Source of the DNA: an uncultured Bifidobacterium sp.
GTDB taxonomy: Bacteria; Bacteroidota; Bacteroidia; AKYH767-A; OLB10
Length of the DNA stretch: 64,000 nucleotides
Assembly: GCA_964534995.1 (NCBI GenBank)
Contig: CAZHSC010000003.1
Coordinates: 4,252 to 68,251, forward strand
Direction: 5' to 3'
A program made the translations under genes and the position numbers. The stretch's first letter is position 1; each line of letters begins with the position of its first letter. The notes beneath the pieces were generated by a model, which was given only the letters and a program-made list of their open reading frames with translations, was not told the DNA's origin and ran no database searches. This document shows, one piece after another, positions 41,191 to 48,778 of this stretch.

Positions 41191-41313
41191 TCAACAAAAA
41201 TAGTGTAAATACACGGGCAAATTATTCCGGATAGTACAATCGTTGACAACTGTCAGAATCTCATGAACTTCAAACTATTCAACAATTCATTTTTAACAGG
41301 AAAGGCCTTACGT

Positions 41314-44300
41314 TTACTGTGTCAGATCCAGTGTTTTAAAAGCGGTGTTGAAGAGTACAGGTGCCTTGCTCCATGTTTCAAGCGCATGGCGATGCTTGAC
41401 AACCACATAGAAAGAGTTGTTCAATGCGGCAATAGGAAAGTGCATGCTGGCATTGCCATCCGTAAGGACAACATCTTCATCAGTGTACAAAATGGTATAA
41501 GGAGCAGTGGTAGATGCCAGACTTACTGCGATGGTATCCGCAACCGTTGGACTACCACCGGGATTGCTCACTGCATTCATCAGATTTGTACCCGGATTGT
41601 AATAGCCTTCAAAATATAATTTGAGATTCAGTGTTACAAAAGGGTTGAATCCTTCAATTTTGATGTTGTCCACATAAATATTGTTGCCATAATGTCCATG
41701 GTTCATGAAGGAGAGTTGGATGTTTTCACCACCAAACGATGTGATGTCGACAGAATCTGTTCTCCATTGTGAGGCCGTTGGTGTGAAGTAGCCTCCGGTT
41801 CCGGGTACTGTTGCGAGTGTCGTACCGGGTTTTACATAGATGCCGGAATAGCTTTGCCCGCAATCGGAAGAAAGTAGGACGGAGAGGGAGTCGAGGTATT
41901 GTGGACTGGTACTGTACAGTTGATGCGCGACATCGAATTTCAATTGATAGTTTCCAAACCCATTCAGATCATACCGTTTTGTGATGACTTCATCTCGTGC
42001 ACCGTAGGAATCCAGGGTGTAATTCGCGAAGAGCATGGATCCGCTGCCGTTACCAAAGCCGCTCGCTTGTCCTGTGCGTGTCCACATTTTACCATCATTC
42101 CCGCCGTCTAAATTGGTCCACTCCGAAGGTGGAAAAAGGGTGCCTTCAAAGTCTTCCGTTATCGGGATGGCTTGTCCGATAGTAGAAATGTAATTGTTTT
42201 TCGTGATGGTGTTGCTCCCGCCCAATGAACTAACGGTAAGTGTAACCGAAAAGAGGCCGGTGCCGGTGTATTTAACTTTCGGGTTTTGTAAATTGGAAGA
42301 AGAAGGAGACCCGCCGGGAAAACTCCATAGCCAGGAGGTAGGATTGCCGGTACTTAGATCACTGAATTGAACAGAGTCGCCGCTGCAAGGCGTGTTGGTG
42401 TTTGCTGTGAACGCGGCGTTGATGGAGCGAAGGCTACTGATAGGTGTTTCCCACATTCCTCTTCCGTAGGTAGAAACCCGCAGCACCGAGTTGTTGGTGC
42501 CGTCATCAAAGATGCAGATATCATTGATGGTGGTGCGACTCGGTAATTGTTGATTGAAGAGTGTCCAGCTGGTATGTGCGCCGAGTTTAAAATAAATGGA
42601 ATTATTTCCTCCGGCAACGATCATGAGTTCATCCGCGGGATAAAAATCATCAGTGATCAGATCAAGATAATTCACCGAAGGAAGGTTGTAAGTGATATTG
42701 GTCCAGGTGGCGCCATTGTTTATAGATTTATAAATCCGCGTATTCATAATGGCATACAAAGTATTTGGATTTCCTTTCACGGAAACAATTCCGGCAGCAT
42801 TATTGGTAGCATAGGGCAATGCATACTGCGTGAACGTCGGCGAAGCACTCATGGCATTGGTGCTTACATAGATGAACTGGTCGTTAGTGATGGCATACAC
42901 TCTGTTGGAATCCGACTGGGAGACATGAAGAGCGGAAATTCTCTTGTTAAAGGAGGAGATGGTGGTCCATGCAGGGGTAGTCGCGCTGAGATTGATGGTT
43001 CGGAAAACATTTGAGTCTCCCACAAAGGCGATATTGGGTTGACCGCGATAGAAGGCGATATCTCTGTAACTGCTCACCGGTAATCCGAATGTGCTTTCTC
43101 CGCCTGTGACATTTCTGCGTCGGGCATTGCTGTAATAATATACACGCTGACTGTTCGGAAAATAATCAAAGGCGCATTTCGACGACCAGTCTCCTCCCCG
43201 GTTGCAAAACCATCCTGTTCCTGAATTCTGGTAGTAGAGTTCGCCATTGTCCTGAGTGCCGATGCTCATCATGTCTTTGCGTGTCGGACTGGTATAGCCA
43301 TGATAGATTTCATATCCGTAGATGCCATCGCTCTTGGGTACCCAGTTATTCCCGCCGTCGGTACTCAGCCAGACACCGCCATCGTTCATGTTCCAGAGTT
43401 TCGTGTTGTTATGCGGACTGGTGATGATCTGATGCATGTCGGTATGAACCTTTGCCCACCAGTTGGTAAGCTGGGACCAGGTAAAGCCTCCATCGGTTGA
43501 TTTCCAGACGGCATGGGCTACAAGGTAAATGATATTCGGATTGGTTCTGTCCACACCAATGGAAAAATTATAATCTCCCTGCCCTACGTCACCGGGATCA
43601 TTGGTGTAGTAGGTGAGGTAAGGGGGAGAACTTGTTTTAATGGCAGTGAATGTGCTGCCACCATCCACTGATTTATAGAGCAAGCCACCACTACTCACCA
43701 TGCCCAGATAAACGATGTTCGTGTCAGCCGGCGTCACGGCAATTCTGCATCCGCTCCCTGTGGTCACTCCCGGCGGTAAGACGATACCGTTATTGATTTG
43801 CGTCCATGTATCGCCGAAGTCATTAGACCGGAAGAAGGCCGAGTCGCGTGTAGCCGCGTACAAAACCCTCGACCCCGGTCTCTTCTCCTTCATATCATCA
43901 AATGCAATAGCCCCCGTTTTTAAAGACCAGGATGAGCCGCCGTTGGTGGTTTTATAAATCCCGGCGTTGGTTGCAGCAACGATCACCTGATTGTTTGTCG
44001 GATCCATGGCCATTTCCACAACTAATTTAGATGTCAGTGATGTTGCGGTAAAGGTCGTTCCGCCATTTGTAGATTTATAAACGCCACTACCATTATAATA
44101 GTAGTTATGGTCGCCGGTGCCGAGATATAAAATCTGATCATTGGTATGATCAATGCAAACAGAAGCCAGACGCATGCCCGGCAGAATGTCGCACCCCGGA
44201 GCAATCGTCCAGTTGTTGCCACCATTACTACTGATGAACAGTCCGCCGCGTGCACTGACCGCATACAATTTATTGGTATCTGTGGGATGAAATTTCATCT

Positions 44301-44448
44301 GGCTGATACGACTGATACCATGTATTTGTCCGCTGACATTGGTGGGGAAATAGGCGGGAGCCACAGGAGTCCAGCTGGCGGTCTGTGCCGGGGAAGAGAA
44401 GCTATTGGTAAGAAAAATGAAGAGGAGGAAGGTGGTAATTTTATTCAT
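41314..44448 (-). CDS. secreted BNR/Asp-box repeat (sortilin/Vps10-like) protein with PKD and MAM/jelly-roll-like modules
   Basis: Signal peptide. At least 8 Asp-box repeats (STNGGTTF, TTNGGSSW, SNDFGDTW, SVDGGSTF, STDGGFTW, STDGGNNW, SINNGATW). PKD-like segment (FSVTLTVSS). No convincing type-A T9SS sorting domain at the C-terminus. Confidence 0.65.
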   Translation of the reverse strand: MNKITTFLLFIFLTNSFSSPAQTASWTPVAPAYFPTNVSGQIHGISRISQMKFHPTDTNKLYAVSARGGLFISSNGGNNWTIAPGCDILPGMRLASVCIDHTNDQILYLGTGDHNYYYNGSGVYKSTNGGTTFTATSLTSKLVVEMAMDPTNNQVIVAATNAGIYKTTNGGSSWSLKTGAIAFDDMKEKRPGSRVLYAATRDSAFFRSNDFGDTWTQINNGIVLPPGVTTGSGCRIAVTPADTNIVYLGMVSSGGLLYKSVDGGSTFTAIKTSSPPYLTYYTNDPGDVGQGDYNFSIGVDRTNPNIIYLVAHAVWKSTDGGFTWSQLTNWWAKVHTDMHQIITSPHNNTKLWNMNDGGVWLSTDGGNNWVPKSDGIYGYEIYHGYTSPTRKDMMSIGTQDNGELYYQNSGTGWFCNRGGDWSSKCAFDYFPNSQRVYYYSNARRRNVTGGESTFGLPVSSYRDIAFYRGQPNIAFVGDSNVFRTINLSATTPAWTTISSFNKRISALHVSQSDSNRVYAITNDQFIYVSTNAMSASPTFTQYALPYATNNAAGIVSVKGNPNTLYAIMNTRIYKSINNGATWTNITYNLPSVNYLDLITDDFYPADELMIVAGGNNSIYFKLGAHTSWTLFNQQLPSRTTINDICIFDDGTNNSVLRVSTYGRGMWETPISSLRSINAAFTANTNTPCSGDSVQFSDLSTGNPTSWLWSFPGGSPSSSNLQNPKVKYTGTGLFSVTLTVSSLGGSNTITKNNYISTIGQAIPITEDFEGTLFPPSEWTNLDGGNDGKMWTRTGQASGFGNGSGSMLFANYTLDSYGARDEVITKRYDLNGFGNYQLKFDVAHQLYSTSPQYLDSLSVLLSSDCGQSYSGIYVKPGTTLATVPGTGGYFTPTASQWRTDSVDITSFGGENIQLSFMNHGHYGNNIYVDNIKIEGFNPFVTLNLKLYFEGYYNPGTNLMNAVSNPGGSPTVADTIAVSLASTTAPYTILYTDEDVVLTDGNASMHFPIAALNNSFYVVVKHRHALETWSKAPVLFNTAFKTLDLTQ

Positions 44449-44493
44449 TTTATTTTTAAGCGGGTGCTGTTTACGAATGAGTTGATACGTTGT

Positions 44494-44934
44494 TTAATCT
44501 TTCCTCGGTTGCTCCTTCTGCCAAATCTCCAAACGCTCCTGCTCAGAGAGGATTCTGCCGTCACTTTGAACAAAGGGGAAGACCGTTCGCTTCCAGTCCT
44601 TGAAGCGTTTGAACTGGTATTTTAGATTTTCGTATTCATTTCTTTGCGCTTGCGACCAGGCGGCTCTGGCAGAACGCATACTATCTGCCTGTTCAGTTGT
44701 GATCCTGCCCTCCGTGATCAGTTCTCCCTCTTCTTCCGGCTCGATCTTTCCTTCCCAGAACATATCAAATGCTTTTACGGCAGTATAATAATTCACCTGT
44801 GGGTCTTCCATCATTTCTATCCATACAGGTATTTTATGGTAATCCTGTTGTTCAGTGGTTTTCTTTTCCTGGGCTTTCAAAGCGGTAAGGGTAAATGACA
44901 GCAGAAAGAGAAGCAGCAGCTTGAGGGATTTCAT
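44494..44934 (-). CDS. small secreted hypothetical protein
   Basis: Signal peptide (LLLLFLLSFTLTALKAQ). 45-bp gap to the downstream BNR-repeat gene suggests co-transcription. Confidence 0.4.
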   Translation of the reverse strand: MKSLKLLLLFLLSFTLTALKAQEKKTTEQQDYHKIPVWIEMMEDPQVNYYTAVKAFDMFWEGKIEPEEEGELITEGRITTEQADSMRSARAAWSQAQRNEYENLKYQFKRFKDWKRTVFPFVQSDGRILSEQERLEIWQKEQPRKD

Positions 44935-45053
44935 TTTCTTAATTTTTTTACTAAGTTAACGGTAAGCCCTCTTCTCTGCAACCATTACAACATGATCTTT
45001 GGCAGGTATATACCGGGTTAAGTGCTGACGTTTCTGTCACCGGATTAATAAGT

Positions 45054-45077
45054 GTTTGAAAGACACAATTTTCAAAC
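45054..45077. promoter_or_regulatory. 24-bp palindromic candidate operator upstream of the LOX-like gene
   Basis: GTTTGAAA-N8-TTTCAAAC perfect 8-bp inverted repeat, about 65-85 nt upstream of ATG 45140. Confidence 0.3.
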
Positions 45078-45139
45078 GGTTGGGATTTAGGGGTCCGCAT
45101 AATATTTATCCCTATCTTTAGTCATCCATAAAATACGCG

Positions 45140-47518
45140 TTGATTATGAAAAAAATGATACTGTTACTGTTGGTTTTATTACTAAAGCCATGGTCTCTGT
45201 ATAGTCAATGTCAGGCCGGTTACGATGAAGTCATTGTCGTTATACAGCCGGACAATTATCCTTCCGAAACTTCCTGGTCGCTCAAAGATCTGTCAGGAAA
45301 TATCCTTGATTCAGGCGGTTCAACAGGTGATACCGTTTGTGTTCCCACTGGTATTTGCCTGATATTTGAAATCCGTGATACTTATGGCGATGGCATCTGC
45401 TGTAACTTCGGCAATGGTTTTTACGCGGTTTATCTCAATGGTACCATTCAGGCAGCGGGCGGACAGTTCACTTACAATGAATTCAGCTATCTAAATTGTC
45501 CTCCCGGTACTCATTGCGGAAGCGCGCTGGCAGCATATGAAGACACCCTTAGCACTTCCTATGGCAGCAGCATCTGGTATACCTTTTCGCCTGACTCTAC
45601 GGGCACTTATAATGTTTCTACCTGTTTTCCTTCCAATAGTTGCGACACACGGCTTTGGATATATGATCACTGCAACGGACTTGTCTGGAACAATGATATG
45701 GCCGGCACTATTTATTACAATGACAGTACCTGCGGTATCCAGGCCTTCATCCCGGCGGGATTACAATCCGGGCAAACCTATTATATCAGGGTGGGGGGTG
45801 ACTCCACCTGTAGTAATGACAGTATCGTATGGCAGATTACCTATGCCGGACCTATTGTAGGGTGTATGGATCCCGCTGCCTGTAATTACAATCCCATCGC
45901 TACTGTCAGCAATGGCAATTGCATCTATCCGGGTGATCCTAATTGTAATTCAGGTCCTGATTTGGTGGTAGATGGAAATACGCTTATTAACTCACTGAAT
46001 ATGGGTGTGGTGAATGGAAACGATGTTTGCCTGATCGGTGAAGGGTGTTTGTCAGGCTACGGAGCCAGAAATGTGATTAATTTCAGTACGCGTATAGCCA
46101 ACATTGGCGATGCGGATTATTACATCGGGCAACCTGCCACCGGAAATTCTCAATTCGTTTTTGATCAGTGCCATGGCCATTGGCATTATGCAGGCTACGC
46201 GATGTATAACATTTACGATACGCTGGGAGTTCCCTTGCAGGCCGGATTTAAAAATGGATTCTGCGTCCTCGATTTACAGTGTTTTGGAGGTACGGCAAAA
46301 TACAGTTGTGGTAACATGGGTATTTCTGCCGGTTGTGCCGACATTTATGGTGCCGGACTCGCTTGTCAGTGGCTCGATATCACCAATATCCCTGCCGGCC
46401 GTTATACACTCGTGGTGCGTGTAAACTGGGATCAGGATCCGGATAAACTCGGACGACAGGAGCAGCGCTTTGATAACAATGTAGCAGCGGTATGTATCAA
46501 TATTACCCGTGATACAGCCAATGTCCCCTCTTTTGTGATACTTCCCAATTGTCAGCCCATTATTGATTGCGCCGGAGATACTTTCGGTTTGGCCGTTAAC
46601 GATTGTATGGGAAATTGTAATGGTTCGCGGGTACGTGGTGACCTTAACATTGACAGTTTGCGGGATGATATTGATATTGATATGTACCTTATTGATATTA
46701 CGGCTCAGCAAAGCGTAATGCCATGCAATGATGTCAATGGTGATAATACCCTTACCGTTACTGACGCTTCTCTGGTAAGTGGATGTATCCGTCAATCCCA
46801 GGGCTCGCATGCACATCAGGGCGGTACTCAAAATACACACAGGCATTGTGAATTTCCCTGGAACATTATCAATACCAATGATACAGTACGGCTAGGAATC
46901 AGTCAGGTAAATCAAAGCCTGAATTACATCGATATTAATATACTGAATCCCGATTGCCGTTTACTGGCCATTGACTTTACCATGAGCGGTGTGGTGATGG
47001 ATTCGGTGGTTTCATTGATCAGTGGCTTTAGTCCCTTTATAAAATGGGATGCAGTAACAGGACGTATCGCCATCCTGGATACGGCCGAAATCTCACTCGG
47101 GAAACAATTGACAGCGCTACCATTTGTGCGTATTTATTTTAGTTCACTTACGAGTACAACCGTGTGCCTTGCATCCATCCATGCCGCTGTGAATGCCGAT
47201 TACGAAGAAACCCTGAAAAGCATCTTCAATGGTTGTGTGACCGTTACAGGCATCAACATTCTCTATCAAAGCGGACTTGTTAAAATCATACCGAACCCTT
47301 CGGAAGGCATCTTTGCCATTTCTACTGATGTGCTTAATGGCGAAAGCGCAAACATCAGCATTCTGGATGCTATGGGCAGATTGATCTATGCTTCCAAAGA
47401 AGTACTCTCCGCGGGCAAAGGAATTTCAGTTGATCTCAGCAAACATCCCAAAGGTGTCTATCTGGTGCGTGTTCTTACCGGGCAACTTGAAGTAACCGAA
47501 CGACTGGTGAAATTGTAA
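45140..47518 (+). CDS. secreted lysyl-oxidase (LOX) family copper amine-oxidase-like protein with dockerin-like Ca-binding module and T9SS C-terminal sorting domain
   Basis: Signal peptide. LOX catalytic-domain motifs line up with human LOX: copper HxHxH (QCHGHWHY), LTQ lysine context (GFKNGFCVLD), GCADIYGAGLACQWLDITNIPAGRYTLVV, and NNVAAVC. Two DxNxDx6D loops (DLNIDSLRDDID, DVNGDNTLTVTD). Sorting domain KIIPNPSEGIFAIS...GVYLVRVLTGQLEVTERLVKL. Confidence 0.75.
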   Translation: MIMKKMILLLLVLLLKPWSLYSQCQAGYDEVIVVIQPDNYPSETSWSLKDLSGNILDSGGSTGDTVCVPTGICLIFEIRDTYGDGICCNFGNGFYAVYLNGTIQAAGGQFTYNEFSYLNCPPGTHCGSALAAYEDTLSTSYGSSIWYTFSPDSTGTYNVSTCFPSNSCDTRLWIYDHCNGLVWNNDMAGTIYYNDSTCGIQAFIPAGLQSGQTYYIRVGGDSTCSNDSIVWQITYAGPIVGCMDPAACNYNPIATVSNGNCIYPGDPNCNSGPDLVVDGNTLINSLNMGVVNGNDVCLIGEGCLSGYGARNVINFSTRIANIGDADYYIGQPATGNSQFVFDQCHGHWHYAGYAMYNIYDTLGVPLQAGFKNGFCVLDLQCFGGTAKYSCGNMGISAGCADIYGAGLACQWLDITNIPAGRYTLVVRVNWDQDPDKLGRQEQRFDNNVAAVCINITRDTANVPSFVILPNCQPIIDCAGDTFGLAVNDCMGNCNGSRVRGDLNIDSLRDDIDIDMYLIDITAQQSVMPCNDVNGDNTLTVTDASLVSGCIRQSQGSHAHQGGTQNTHRHCEFPWNIINTNDTVRLGISQVNQSLNYIDINILNPDCRLLAIDFTMSGVVMDSVVSLISGFSPFIKWDAVTGRIAILDTAEISLGKQLTALPFVRIYFSSLTSTTVCLASIHAAVNADYEETLKSIFNGCVTVTGINILYQSGLVKIIPNPSEGIFAISTDVLNGESANISILDAMGRLIYASKEVLSAGKGISVDLSKHPKGVYLVRVLTGQLEVTERLVKL

Positions 47519-47544
47519 CATCTTCCTAAAAGTGATCTTCTTTT

Positions 47545-47740
47545 AAACGCAGCCTACGCGGCGCTCGCAACGTCCTGAAGTCTTGGGAAAGCGGCGTGCG
47601 CGGCGAGTTAACATACAATTCCCACCTTCGCTGACTGTGTGCGCCAAAGCTTACTCCGTCGCTAAAGCTTTGGCGTACAAAGTTAGCGACGGCGTAAGCT
47701 ATGGAGGGCACGCCCGCCTTCGCTTAAGCTATGGTGAGAA
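47545..47740. other. GC-rich structured intergenic element with overlapping perfect inverted repeats
   Basis: CGCCAAAGCTT (47642-47652) pairs with AAGCTTTGGCG (47665-47675). CCGTCGCTAA (47656-47665) pairs with TTAGCGACGG (47683-47692). Direct repeat TAAGCTATGG x2 and CGCGGCG x2. Composition is very different from the flanking AT-rich DNA. Confidence 0.35.
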
Positions 47741-47909
47741 AACATGACATTTTCTGATCCACCTTGTTTGTATTCCGGGTTGAACCGGCATTCCTAAATT
47801 GGGATGAAATCAACAAGGCTCTGTTTTTTGATAAGATTTTTAAAATTTTAACATTAAAATATTTTGTCATTAGAAATTTAATTTTACTTTTGATTCAACT
47901 TTACGACCC

Positions 47910-48311
47910 ATGAAAACTATACAATTTCACCATGGTCTTTTAACAATTTTATTCTCGGCAACGACACTCCTTTTACAGGGACAAACACCTTCTGATGCGT
48001 ATGTGCTGATTTCACCTGACACCGGTAATAATGTAAAGGGTGTTATGCATATCACTTTACCGGATACCAATAACATTGCAGCCATTGAAATTAAGCTGGG
48101 CAGTACCGATGGCGGCTACGACTTAGCGAATTATACTTTTAGTTATGATGTTACCGGATCATTGCCTGCGGGATATGTATGGATGAGAGATGGTTTTAAA
48201 TTGATTCTTTCGATTGGGTCTTATCCTGTCAGTGATCTTCAGTTTGGACGAGTGCGTATGCAAAGAAATGATGGGGGATGGGGGGATGAGTTTGCCTTTG
48301 TGAGGAATTGA
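47910..48311 (+). CDS. small secreted hypothetical protein
   Basis: Signal peptide (LLTILFSATTLLLQGQ). 133 aa, no recognisable domain. Sits just upstream of the giant adhesin/GH gene. Confidence 0.4.
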   Translation: MKTIQFHHGLLTILFSATTLLLQGQTPSDAYVLISPDTGNNVKGVMHITLPDTNNIAAIEIKLGSTDGGYDLANYTFSYDVTGSLPAGYVWMRDGFKLILSIGSYPVSDLQFGRVRMQRNDGGWGDEFAFVRN

Positions 48312-48481
48312 GTTTCTTGTCTACTTTATCGGAAGACAAGATTTTCAGGATGTGTGACATTTAAGTGGATGTGGTTTGTTTGAACGGCTCTAAAAAGAGG
48401 TCGATAGTTGATTATCATCATTAGTCTGTAATTGTATATTCTAGTACGTAATTGATATCACCCATCAAAAACATGTAAACC

Positions 48482-48748
48482 ATGAATCATTTCGTCTATT
48501 TCTTAAGAAAGACCTTTCTCCAAGGTGTTTTCAAATTTCTTGCGTGTGTAATTCTTTTGTTGTTCTTTTCTACTTCATTATTCGCCGGCAACTACACATG
48601 GAACGGCACCATTAACAGCGATTATTCAAATACAGGTAACTGGTCGCCTTCTGGAACTCCCGGGACTAACGACACCATCACCATCAATTCCGGGAAACCT
48701 AACCTGGAACTGGATCAAGATAGAACCGTGAATCGGCTTATTCTCTAA
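48482..48748 (+). CDS. segment 1 of the interrupted giant gene: signal peptide plus start of the adhesin N-terminal repeat
   Basis: MNHF...LLLFFSTSLFA signal peptide, then GNYTWNGTINSDYSNTGNWSPSGTPGTNDTITINSG...TVNRLIL, ending at TAA. Confidence 0.5.
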   Translation: MNHFVYFLRKTFLQGVFKFLACVILLLFFSTSLFAGNYTWNGTINSDYSNTGNWSPSGTPGTNDTITINSGKPNLELDQDRTVNRLIL

Positions 48749-48778
48749 GGGAGCACAATAGATTTAGATACCAATGAA

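Noticed and set aside
47526-47711. 61-aa minus-strand ORF covering the GC-rich inverted-repeat element.
   Set aside because: It is an Arg/Pro-rich low-complexity translation of a GC-rich palindromic region with no start context. The sequence is better explained as a structured non-coding element.
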